From Malacoraja senta (Eukaryota): DNA of 64,000 nt. Every line of letters begins with the position of its first letter. The first letter of the stretch is position 1. Below, piece by piece: positions 13,273-24,871 of the stretch. The position numbers and the translations under genes were made by a program. The stretch lies in NCBI GenBank assembly GCA_038087875.1, contig CM075990.1, positions 7,876,001-7,940,000 on the forward strand, in the 5' to 3' direction. Below the pieces are notes generated by a model. That model had not been told where the DNA came from. It did not search any database and was given only the letters and a program-made list of their open reading frames with translations.

Positions 13273-13484
13273 TGTTAAAGAAGGAACTGCAGATGCTGGA
13301 AAATCCCAGGTACACAAAAATGCTGGAGAAACTCAGCGGGTGCAGCAGCATCTATGGAGCGAAGGAAATAGGCAACGTTTCGGGCCGAAACGTCTGGAAA
13401 AGGGTTTCGGCCCAAAACGTTGCCTATTTCCTTCGCTCCATAGATGCTGCTGCACCCGCTGAGTTTCTCCAGCATTTGTATACA
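13273..13484. mobile_element. Foldback (palindromic) Penelope-terminal-repeat element
   Basis: aaatgctggagaaactcagcgggtgcagcagcatctatggagcgaaggaaataggcaacgttt followed by its near-perfect reverse complement. Confidence 0.85.
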
Positions 13485-14214
13485 TAGGGTCTTTGTCCCA
13501 AACATTATGGAGGGCACTGTGGTCAAAATTGATAGATTATCATAGAGTTCTCAGCATGTTATTGGGCATTTTACACGAGGAGAGAAAATCCAAAGATTTT
13601 GTGTTTAAAAGCAAATTGTTAACCTAAAAAGTATTCTTCAATTTCGGGAGACAATTTGAACATGGGAAACATCCACATACGTATGACAATGCAGTCCTGG
13701 CCAAGCAAACTGCTTCAGTGAATTTGTTTTGGGAGAAATATCAGTCAGCGGTCTCTCTTCTGGTCTTTACATAATGCAGTGGGACATGTCTTAGATCATG
13801 GGATAGATGTGAAGGATTTCAGTAATCAGGCTGCAGTTAATCTTTACAAATGACTGGCACCAGTTTGCTATTTATATTATGGTCAACTTCAAAATTGTTT
13901 TGCCACAACCCAAGAAGAAAACCTAATTGGATGAATTTCCTGCAGAATATAATATTGTTCTTAGTACTTCGATCTCAGTGTATTATTGAAGCATGATTTA
14001 TTTGATTTGCCATTTGACTGCATCAACTAAATTATTTAAAGATGTGGAAAGTTATTTCTTCTAATCATTAACTACATGTATTGGAATCTGGCCAATTGAA
14101 GTTATTCTAGAGTAAGCCAACAATGTGGTCTGCTATACCATAAATTACAACGCATAATGATAAGAACTTTCTGAAGCCATTGTATTTCACATGTGGTAAT
14201 CTGCACTGTTTCAG

Positions 14215-14333
14215 ATCCTCTGGAGTTCGCTGACAATTCAAATCTCACCTTCCCTGAGGTTGGTAGGAAACAAATGAACAGACAGGAAAAAGCCAAGGAA
14301 AACACCAGAAAAATCTTCCATGGCCCTAAACGG
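14215..14333 (+). CDS. WAPL: WAPL coding exon, 119 nt (DPLEFADN...RKIFHGPKR)
   Basis: Acceptor tgtttcAG|AT and donor CGG|GTAAGC; phase 1 to 0 fits both neighbours. KIFxGPKR matches WAPL. Confidence 0.92.
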
Positions 14334-14504
14334 GTAAGCATCCCAAGCCGCTGGTATATGCAGTTTCCTTTGCGCCCGCGCTTAGTATCTTGCTTGGCTG
14401 AGTACATGTTTCATTCTTTAACAACTGCATTAAAATTTAATTTACAGTCCCCATTTCTTGAAAGCATAGTGGTAAAGTTAGGCCATTCTGACGTATGAGT
14501 TCAT

Positions 14505-15705
14505 GTCATAGAAGCAGAATTCGGCCATCTGGCCCATCAAGTCCACTCTGCCATTCAATCATGGCTGATCTATCTTTCCCCCTCAACCCCATTCTCCTGC
14601 CTTCTCCTTGTAATCATTGACACCCTTATGGGCCTGTCCCACTTAGGCGATTTTTCAGGCGACTGCCGGCAACTCTCTTCCTTCACCAGTTCATTATGGA
14701 GGTGGGGGACAGGGCAAGTGGGGGGAGCACTGTCTGAAATTCACACGGTGCAAAGCCAAGGTGATACAGACACACACTGCGATGAACAGGAAGGTTGGCA
14801 CTATAATTAAGACGGCTAAAGCACAGTGTACGGTAAGTCCTTTAAAAGAGGGGGGGGAGAGGAGGGAGAAGGGGTGGAGACAACTTTTAAGAAGCCAGGC
14901 TGTGAAGCTCAACGAACATTTAACATTACCGGTCGGTTATCCTCGGTTCTGAAAACTACTGTTTACGTTTTTTTCCCCCAATGAGCCAATGAAATTCAGC
15001 ACCAGCTACAACCTACGAGAACCTTCGACCTCCTGGCAACCCACCTACGGCACGAGAATTCCCGCTACTCTCCATGGCGGCTACATTCTGGTCGAAAAAT
15101 TCGCGGCGACCACAATGAGGCCGCGACCAGTTCCCAAAATGCGGGAACTCCTCACGACCATGAAGGAGACTCCCCGGCAACCACCCGCGTACATGTGGCT
15201 ACCATGTGGCGACTGCACAGTCTCCTGCAGTCGCCTAAGTGGGACAGGCCCATTACAAATCAAGAACCTATCAGTCGCCGCTTGAATAATGCCCAAAGAC
15301 GGCCTCCATAGCCTTCTGTGGCAATGAATTCCACAGATTCACCACCCTCTGACTGAAGAATTTCCTTGTCATCTTCTTTCTAAAGGTACGTCCTTTTATT
15401 CGGAGGTGGTGCCCTCTGGTCCTAGACTCTCACAAATGGAAACACCTCTCCACATCTACTTTATCTGGGGATTTTATTAATTAGAATGTTTCAATGAGAT
15501 ACTCCCCCCTTCCTTCTAAAGTTCAGCGAGTACAGGCCCAGAGACGTCAAACTCTCATCATACGTTAACCCAATCATCCCTGAGATCATTCTCATAAACC
15601 ACCTCTAGACCTTTTACAACACCATCACATCCCTCCTCGGATATGGGGCCAACGACTGCTCTTAATACTCTAACTGTGGTCTGTCCAGTGCCCTATAAAG
15701 CCTAC
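14505..15705 (-). mobile_element. CR1-type LINE 3' part, split by a Harbinger MITE
   Basis: ccattcaatcatggctgatctatc...gaattccacagattcaccaccctctg, reverse-complement similar to 53203-53840. Confidence 0.8.
14629..15252. mobile_element. PIF/Harbinger-type non-autonomous DNA transposon (MITE), 624 bp
   Basis: TIR TGGGCCTGTCCCACTTAGGCGA / TCGCCTAAGTGGGACAGGCCCA; 3-bp TSD TTA at 14626-14628 and 15253-15255. Removing it restores the host CR1 sequence. Confidence 0.88.
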
Positions 15706-18700
15706 ATCTGTGTACCTCTGAATAATATCATGTCTTTTTCAGCCTTCCACAAACTGGCAATGATCTCCCTTCAAGTTCAATAACCCATTAACATCAGCCT
15801 TGAATGTACTCAGCATGTGATTATCTTTAGCTCATCGAGGTAGAGGATTTCAAATTACTATAGCTGTAAGAAGTGTAAGAAGACAACAAATATAAGCAGC
15901 AGTGACCCACTCAGTCCTTTGTATTTGCTCCTCATTTCACGTATTATGACTGATCTTCACCATGGTACCATTTTACTGCACCATAACCCCATCTACCTGC
16001 ACTTTAACCCATACCTTGACTCCATTTATGCATATCATTTTCTCTTTAGTGAAAATGGACAAAATATTGATGTCGACTTGGAGAGCTTAAGCTGTACAAC
16101 TCTGACTCCAGTTTTTGTCATATCCTCTGGGTAAATGCCTTAAAAAAATCTACTATCAAAAAAAGTTTGAATAAGATTCCTTTTCTTTATTTGAAGCTCT
16201 AGGAAGCATTGGATTAATGTATTCGACTGCTTTTCCACACATCCTTACCAAGGCTTGTATGCTCAGAGTGAAGGTTTCTTGTATGCAAATCCCTAATCCT
16301 AAGGCCTAACATACACCCACACCACCACATTTCATATCACTGATATGGGTTGTAAAATGACCATGACTTGATGCTGCCTCACCCGCAGAGTTTCTCCAGC
16401 ATTTTTGTCTACCTTTGACTTAACCACAAACCATTAATGGTGACCCACTAGTTACAGCATGTAAACTTGAAAATATACTGTTTTCTTCAATGCATGCTGA
16501 CCTATTATTTTAATTTCAGGAACTGTAGTGCTTGTACACCATTGTGCCTTTTGAAAATCCAAATATAATGCATCCAGATTTACCTTTCTGTTGCACTCTT
16601 ATAAAACTTGAAATTTATCAAATGCATTTTTCCTTTAAGTGTTTACTCAAACTTGTGTCCCCAGTACAGTATTACTATTAATAGATTCCTGGGTTTTCAC
16701 CAAGTAATTCTGGCGGTTGATTCTCAGTTTCCTGTTACATCTCCTTTCTTCAACAGGGTTAATTTGCTACCTTCATTTCTTTAGGAACTATTTTAAGCAT
16801 CTCAGGAATACATCTACATTCCTCAACTTTTATAACTAAACTGGTGCTACTAATGTTAAAAAATCTGTCTCGATTCAAGTACTAAAGTTCAAGTAATGGT
16901 CCTTCACAGCTTGGAGTCTCCTGCCAATTGGTGAGTGGGAGAGCCTGTTAAACAGCTCTTAGCTAAGGATAGATATCGCATGTCTGTTCCTTGACCAGCC
17001 CTTCAGTCAATCAGTTGCAGGTCATGTTAGTCATTGTACAGGAATCATTGAACCGACATGAGACCATGTAGAAAGACAAACCAGTAAGATTCTCAACCCA
17101 GCAGTGCAATTTCACTCCGCCTGTTAGGCTTCTGCCTTTGTTTTTCTAATATCAATGTCCACCAACTGTTTTCTCACACATGCTGAGTCAGACCAGTCAA
17201 ATCGTGACCATGTCCCAGTTCCGAGTCAGCAGCTCTCGTCTCTTGAATACACGTTGAAAACGTTGACTGATGGAAACAGTTGCACTTTCCTGCGATGTTT
17301 TCAAATCCTTCACCACTTTTGCTTGCTCATCAATCCCCGGCTGGTGGAGCTGGTGCCTTCCCTCATCGTCCTGGTGCTGTTGTATAATGGGATCGGTGCT
17401 GGAATACGAGGAGGGATCAATGTCTCGAGGCCGCCATCATTGACCTTTCTGAAATTGGCAACTGGATGGTATGGAACGGAATGATCAGCTGTTGCTCTGG
17501 AGTCTGTACATCATGGTTTTGATTTCGGAATTCTTCAGACTACAGCAGATTCAGCTCCAGCATTGCCTGAATGAAGGCCTCTGTGGTCCTGCCAAGAAAC
17601 CTTGTGTTGCTATGTAAACAGAGCTGCTTGCTGCTGTTAGAGGATTAGTCTTCATAGTTCTCAATGCAAGATCAGAGCCGTGTGTATTCATTTACATTTC
17701 TGTTTGCACTCTGTAAAACTTTTGTTAAACCTCTTTCACCGAAGAAGCATCTTCAATGTTAGCTATCTATGCTGCTGATTTCATGTTTTTAGCATTGGAG
17801 CGATGAGAGAATGCTGAATGTTTACAGTGAGGGAGTAATTACTGAGAAGTTGTCAAGTTAAATATTATAACTGGTCATTTGTGGGCAATGAAAGTTTCCA
17901 AATGCCGTTCATAAATATTTGTTCAACACTGCACTTTATGAAAGAATCTGTAGCCTTTCTCAGTTTGGCCTGCATGCAATTATCACATCAAGGAAGAACA
18001 GACCTTGTATACCATTGTGATACACCTTGCAAAGTAGAGGGATATTATTATGGAGCACACTTGAACCAACTTCATAATGGGCAATTCCAAGTGAGAAGGT
18101 AGGATTAATGACATGCTGCATTTAGACACTGGAAGCATCCTGTGGAGGCTGTTCTATACTCTGACAAGAGCCACTTCATTGATAAGTGCGCAAAGTCCAT
18201 TAGTAAATGGCTCCAGGGAGTTGTAATATTAATTGCTGTTTGAGATGTGGGAACATTTTTGAAATTCATTAAGGATTGAGTGCCTGCATGGTTGTTCTGT
18301 GCTTTTTATATAAGTAGCTAGTTAATGGAATATTGAAGTGCCAAATGTTGAATCTCTCTTGGACTGCATGCAGATAGAATTACACGAACAAAGCTGCAAA
18401 ACATTAAGAACTCTTCTAATGTCCGTTCTACTCATGTAATCTATGCACTCATTGTCCTGCTGCCATGGTATGTAACCCTTTGGTGCGTAGCTTGTATATG
18501 TACCTCAAGCTTTTTTTCTGGTGATTATCTGATTGAAAGTGATGGAATATGCGAAGCAGGTATGGTATGGGTGGGGTGGGGGACATCAGTTTAGTTTGCT
18601 TGGGTTTTGCAAAGTCTTTGACATTCCTCATTGAAAACTAGGCAGTGGGAGTTGTGAATAGTCAGGAGAATCATGTTATTAGCACCATCAATGTGGTTAA

Positions 18701-21329
18701 ATGCTTTTTTATAGTGCATTCTACAATTTTAGAGTGCACTCACACTTTTGATGTAGGAATACACATGTCATGTGGTTTGCTGCCCACAGCAGCAATATGG
18801 AGTTTGTAAATAGACTGGTTGAGGAGAAGTGTGCTGGCCTGGAGAAAGATGAAACATGGCTATTTGCTAGGCTAGGAAAAGAAAATATAGTAAATACAGC
18901 AGATTTGCATTTGAAAAACTAGTTTCAGTTCAGATTAATCTATTGTCATATATACCAGAATATAATGAAATCCCTTATCCACAGGCAACTCACAGAGTAA
19001 ATGGTATACTTAGAGTAATGAATGACAGATGCAAAACAGTTTTGTAGGGTCTCAAAATATATTGTGTTTGGTCCCATACTCTGCAACAGTTCCCTTATGA
19101 AGAGTCGATGACTATAAGGCATAGTTAGGCATAAGGCATAGTTTCAGATGAGGTTTATATGAGTAGAGAGGATTCCCCCGGTGAAGTTTTCTGAAGGGCA
19201 GCTGGGAAGATACTTTGAGAATATCTTTGTGACTACTGGGGCACACACTAATATTGTGTGTGCATGTGGTTTTGCAAAATATTGTCCAGATCCCAAACAA
19301 ATATATTCGCTATAACAGTATTTGTGGGCGTGCTGATGTTTTTTTTAAAACACTTGCGAATGTTTTTGTATGCAAAAATGTTTTTGTATGAGAATTGTTT
19401 TGTTTGCTGTCAACCTTTGAATGTGAATCCTTTTCAGTTTCAAGTGTTGTTAATCTACCTTGGACATATTTGAGAATTTTGCTGAAGATTTAGAGTTGGT
19501 TGGCAAGTGCTAATACAAACAGAAAATGCTTGGAACACTCAGCAGCTCAGACAATACATGTGGGGAAACTTTTCTTTCTCTTTCTACAGATGCTGCCTGA
19601 CCTGCTGAATATATCCAGCATTGTGTTTTTATTTCACGTTTCCAGCATTTGCAGTTTTTATTTTATTTTCATTTCTAGTGCCAGTTTTGGTTTGTGGTAG
19701 CCATTTAATGTTAGGATGTAATACTAAGTGAACTGGCAGTGTAACTGAGACACCCAGAACTGCAGATGACAAACACATGCTGCAGCATTTATTTTGAAGT
19801 AGTCAGAGGGGATTGTGACTCGAGGGATTAGAGATGAATAAATGTATTTCCTCTATAATCTTCAAGGTTTAAGAAAATTGGCAGTGGTTGCAAACTTTTA
19901 TTTCTGTCCTCACTGGATGTACTGCGATCTTAAGGATATGTGTGTGATTGACTGACTGACAAGCATTTTTGCGGAAACCAATACAGACGCAGAGGTTGCA
20001 GCCTCGGGAGCATTATCAACCATTTATGTAGCAGAACAGGAGGCAATTTGGCCCTCCAAGCCAAAGCACCATTGTGAACAAGACACAAAGTGCTGGAGTA
20101 ACTCATCAGTCAGACAGCATCTCTGGTAAACATGGATCAAGTCAAGAGTTTATTGCCATTGATAGGTTACGTTTCAGGTCAGAATCCCCCTTCAGACTCA
20201 TGACCTGAAATGTTGCATATCCATGTTCTCCAGCGATGATGCCTGACCCACTGAGTTACTCCAGCACTGCCTTTTTTGTGAAGTAGAATCTGCTGTTGTA
20301 TCTACCATTGGTGACAATCTATTTTGTTCTATGCTGTGCGTTTCGCTCTGCTCAGATGAATGTACATTGATTGCCAAGAGTGTACATGAGCGTTTGCCTA
20401 GTTTGTGGGTGAAGTTTGGATCTCTAAAGTCTAAAGATCGTAACCTCACACAAACTAGGCAAATGCTCAAGTAAATTCTCGTTGCTAAATTTCCATTTTA
20501 ATGTTTGTTCCACCTTCCATTTTTTTTTCCAATCATTGCAGCCACCATATGCTCAGTGTTTAAACATTAACTTGGAACTTTGTACATAAGTAAATGTACT
20601 AAATATTTTAAGCTGTTTATGGAACTGGTTTTCAGTGTAACATGGATGCTGATTGCTAGTGCCATGGTTATCTTTCTGGGTTAAGAAAAGCTAAAACAGG
20701 ATTTTAATGTCTCAAGCAAAACAAAATGATAAAGTGTAGTTTGCAAGATTTGAGCTGTGCATTTATACATGGCTGTCATATTTAGATGTTGGGCTGATTG
20801 TGTCTCATTTCTATCTGTATTCTTTGTTGAAAAGGGAATTTATATTGCAATGGTCTGTACAGGCATTTCCCAATATGTGGATTAGGCAACTTGCGTAAAC
20901 TCGCACTTCAGTAGACATTTCCCAATAGATGGTCCTGTTTCCTGAATGACCTGTGTTATTGCAACAGGAGGATAGCGAGGGATTCTCGTCCGTTTTATGG
21001 ATATAAAAGTGTCACACGGGCCCGTTACTCTTCCAGTTTCGGGCACTGTTGGTTTCACACTGGGAAGGCATGCAGGAACAAGGGAGGTGGTGGGGAGCAA
21101 CTCCTGGCGGAGTCACCGATATCTCCCACAAGGTGCACCAGTGAGCCCTTTTACACCGGCTGCCAAACACAATCTGGTTGTTATGGCTCACATTGTAGCT
21201 CCTGGCTGACAGCACTTTCTTCAGGCTGCTGCCACCAACAGGACGTGCTCGGTTCCTGTTGGCCGTTGCTTTGTCCACTCCTGCAATCGCTACCTTCTCT
21301 TCCCTTACACTCTCTCATGTGCAAAATGT

Positions 21330-21612
21330 TGGTGACATTGGCGTAAGGAGGCGGCAACGGTGCAGGGGGGAATGGCGCAGTCAACAAACGACAGCCAATA
21401 GGAAGAAGCGGCAGCTAGTGAGAGATGAGGGAGCCCCCCAGTGACTGAGCGTGTCCTGTCTGTGGTGGAAGCATGAAGAAAGCACTGTAGACCAGTGGCT
21501 ACAATGTGATTCACGACAACAGCCGAGTTAATCGGATGTTGCGGCAGCTGGTGAAGAAAGGCTTACTGGTACAGACCAGAGCCATTGGTGCCAAGGTTTA
21601 AGGTGAAACAAC
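21330..21612 (+). pseudogene. Histone H1-like (linker histone globular domain) pseudogene fragment with a basic, Arg-rich N-terminal segment
   Basis: Translation across frameshifts gives RRRQRCRGEWRSQQTTANRKKRQLVRDEGA / PPVTERVLSVVEA / MKKAL*TSGYNVIHDNSRVNRMLRQLVKKGLLVQTRAIGA / FKVK. This aligns by eye to the H1 core PPVSELI..AV...LKKAL...GYDV...NSRIK..LK.LV.KG.LVQTKG.GA.GSFKL. In-frame TAG at 21488. Confidence 0.8.
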
Positions 21613-23794
21613 ACAAAATGCTAATTCTGTCAGAAGAAGCACCCCGATCCACAATCTCCAGAGATGCTGCCTGACCTGCTGAAGCACTCCAGCACTGTTG
21701 TTGCGTCTATTGACCAGCAGCTGCGGTTCTTAAATTCTTAAGCTGAAGTTCCACCTAGTTTTAAGGTGATTTCGACCTTTGTAAAATGTCACTTGCATAT
21801 GGGTTTAAGGAATGTAAGTAACCCTTGTGTAAATCGGGGAGTGTCTGTATGTAAATCAGGTAGGTACTAATGCGACATGCATGGGTAAAACTTAATGGTT
21901 CACATTACCGCAGTAGCGCAATTAAGTCTTTATATGGATTGGTTTAAGAAAAACCTGTCAACAAATGTGTGCGCCGGTTTATGGTGAGGTTTTGGCTGGA
22001 ATAAGTAGCTTCATCCCACGAGCAGACCCTGACAGTGTGACAAATGGACATGTCAGTGCTGAAGCTTTAAGCCTGTGACAGAGCAAAATTGGCTGCATTT
22101 TTCTGTCAATTACCAGCAGTCCAGCGAGCAAACATTTGACCTTGTCAGAACTGATGGTGTTAGCCTAAAATTTTGGAATTCGAATCTTGGGCAGCTTGCA
22201 TCAGCAAGGTGGCAGTATGGAGGTTCAGTTCCAGAGGCTCAATGATTCAACCTGCAGCAATTTGCCAAGGAACAATCGTCATGCAAAATGTACTCCTTTG
22301 TCGCAGGATGAGAGGCAGGTAATTTAAAACTGAAGTAGATAGATGTTTATTTTTGCTGAAGGTGTTGAATCTCTGGAATTCTTTACCAACTGTGGATGGG
22401 TCGCGCATCAGCAGTATTTAAAGTGGAGATGGATGTCATTTTAATCAGGGAAATAATGAGGCTATGTTCACATTGATTGAAGCACCAAGTAATCTACTCC
22501 TGCTCTTATTTCCTGTGTTCCTGAAAAGCACACGTTTCACAATGTTACTTTGGTCTCGGGTCAGCAAAGGAATGCTCGGAACACCAAGCCCGGCTTTAAC
22601 TTTGGCTGCAAATCAATGGTTCTCACAAATTAAATCTTTCTAAAGTGCATTGATCACTGACATCCATAAAGTGGTAGCTGGTAACTATATGATCCCAAAA
22701 TAATGGTGGCCAGTTAATTTATTTTGTGTTGTGTGAGGGGAAAAATGACTGGTTATGTAATCTAATTTGAGATCTTTGGTATCTGCCAAAACCAGCTTCA
22801 TTTAAAAAAAATCCATGTGTGGTGTGCCAATCTGTAATATAGAGTGTGCAATTTGCCACAGAGCTGGCTGTCAGAAAGAACGGTTTAAAATGCTGGAGTA
22901 ACGCAAGAGTCTGCAATTTTCTGAACTTGGAACGGCATCAAGCCACTCAGTGTCACATGTGATAAGGGGCTGGACAAATATGTCTGTCCTAACCTCCTGC
23001 CCCCTCAATATAACAGCTGGAACAATTTAATAAGAACACCACATGCTGCTCAAATGCCACTTTCCCTCCAGTTCCTGTTGAGTTGTCACCATTCCTGAGA
23101 AGGAAGTGTTTAAACTCTATTGAAACCGTAAATTTGTGACCTGAAGTTACTAAACATTTCCTGACGCAGGCCCCATATGTACATTGGGCATTGTATCCCA
23201 CTCCTCAAATAGACATTATCAGCCATCATGCATTATATCACTCATTGAAATGAGGTCACTAAATAACCAAACTTATTTTGACAAATTCTTGTGTATACTG
23301 AGCCACTGAAAATTAAAGCTGTCAAATCAATCTGCAACACTGAGCAGTTAGTAACCTCATTTATCTCCTTGCAACACAGGAGGCCATTTTGACCCATCTT
23401 GTTTATGCTAACGTGGAGCAATCATACACTCCAAATTTTCCCTATAACCTATTCTCCATGTTCCCATCAATACCCACTGATATTAGGGAGCAATTTACAG
23501 TGCTGTATTAACATATCAACCAATGGAATGAGAGAAAAGCAGCAAACTTGGGGACCCCCTCTTTGTCGCAGGGAGAACATACAAATGCACAGATAACGCA
23601 CTGAGGTTCAAAAGTTCAAAATTGACAGTTATTGGAGCTGCGAAGAGCAGCTCTACAAGCTGCACAAATATCTAGTTGAGTTTGCCACAATATGCCACTA
23701 TAACAATGCTCGGCATGACCTGGCATCCAAATGGCAATTTCTTTGGTAATCAGGAAATAGTTATTATGGTATTACTATAATAATTGGGTACATG

Positions 23795-24092
23795 CGCAGT
23801 CTTTTACCAGAGTAGGGTAATCAAGACCCGGGGGAGGTAGGTTTAAGGTGAGAGGGCAAAGATTGAGTAGGAATCTGAGGAGCATCTTTTTCCCACAGAC
23901 CGGGCTGGGAATATGGAACAAGCCGCCGTAGGAGGTAGTTGAGGCAGGTACCGTAACATTTAAAAGACACTTGGACAGTACATGGATATGAAAAGTTTAG
24001 AGGGATATGGGCCAAACGCGAGTAGATGGGCGAGTGCAGATGAATGGGCATGTTGGGCCGAAGGGCCTGTTTCTGTGATGTATTACTTTGAC
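23795..24092 (+). mobile_element. CR1-type LINE 3' fragment
   Basis: aggtttaaggtgagagggcaaagatt...ttaaaagacacttggacag...gggccgaagggcctgtttc. Confidence 0.75.
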
Positions 24093-24537
24093 TACACTTT
24101 GTTCTAACAATACTCCAACGTGCTTTTACTTCATGTCTTTGATAATAAGCGACATGTCTGTGGAATAAAGAATAATAAATTATCTGTTGCAATTAAATGT
24201 TCCATGTTGCTTGCATTCTATGTGGTGAATCTGAGGCAAGCAGTAGTTAAATGCAGTCCAATCCTGCTTTCTTCAAATTTATATCATCATTATCTGTAAA
24301 CACATTATTCCCCTCCACCTGCAACGGCAAACCTGTCATGATGCCATTTAAAAGTAATGAAAATATATACTTGGTGAAAATGCTATTGCTGTCCTCTGTC
24401 ACCAACAAATTAATAATAATGAAAACTTTTTGCCAAGTGCAGATTTTATTTTAAAAATCTTGACGTTGGGTGAAAGTTGCCCAAGTTGTAGGTTGCAGAC
24501 AGACTGATACATGGTCTGGCACCTACTCATTCTTGCT

Positions 24538-24871
24538 AGACAAAAATGCTGGAGAAACTCAGCGGGTGCGGCAGCATCTATGGAGCGAAGGAAATAGGCA
24601 ACGTTTCTGGCTCGAAACCCTTCTTCAGACTGATGTGAGGGGGGGGGGGGGGGGGGTGCGGCGGGAGGAAGAAAGGAAGAGGTGGACCCAGAGGGTTGAG
24701 GGAGAGCTGAGAAGGGGAGGAGAAAGTAAAGACTACTTTCAGTCTGAAGAAGGGTCTCGACCCGAAACATTGCCAATTTCCTTCGCTCCATAGATGCTGC
24801 CTCGCTCGCTGAGTTTCTGCAGCAATTTTGTCTACCTTCGATTTTCCAGCATATACAGTTCCTTCTTAAAC
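24538..24871. mobile_element. Foldback Penelope-terminal-repeat element with a 13-bp TSD
   Basis: Inverted arms of about 95 bp around a purine-rich spacer; TSD ACTCATTCTTGCT at 24525-24537 and 24872-24884. Confidence 0.88.
24741..24774 (+). ncRNA. Minimal hammerhead-ribozyme-like motif, sense to the WAPL pre-mRNA (stem III mutated)
   Basis: AGU-CUGAAGA-A-GGGU(CUCG)ACCC-GAAA-CAUU-GCC. Confidence 0.5.

Noticed and set aside
13245..13526. Mirror-image ORFs containing MLEKLSGCSSIYGAKEIGNV on both strands (also at 24399-24905 and 63056-63393)
   Set aside because: Artefact of translating the palindromic repeat; not proteins.
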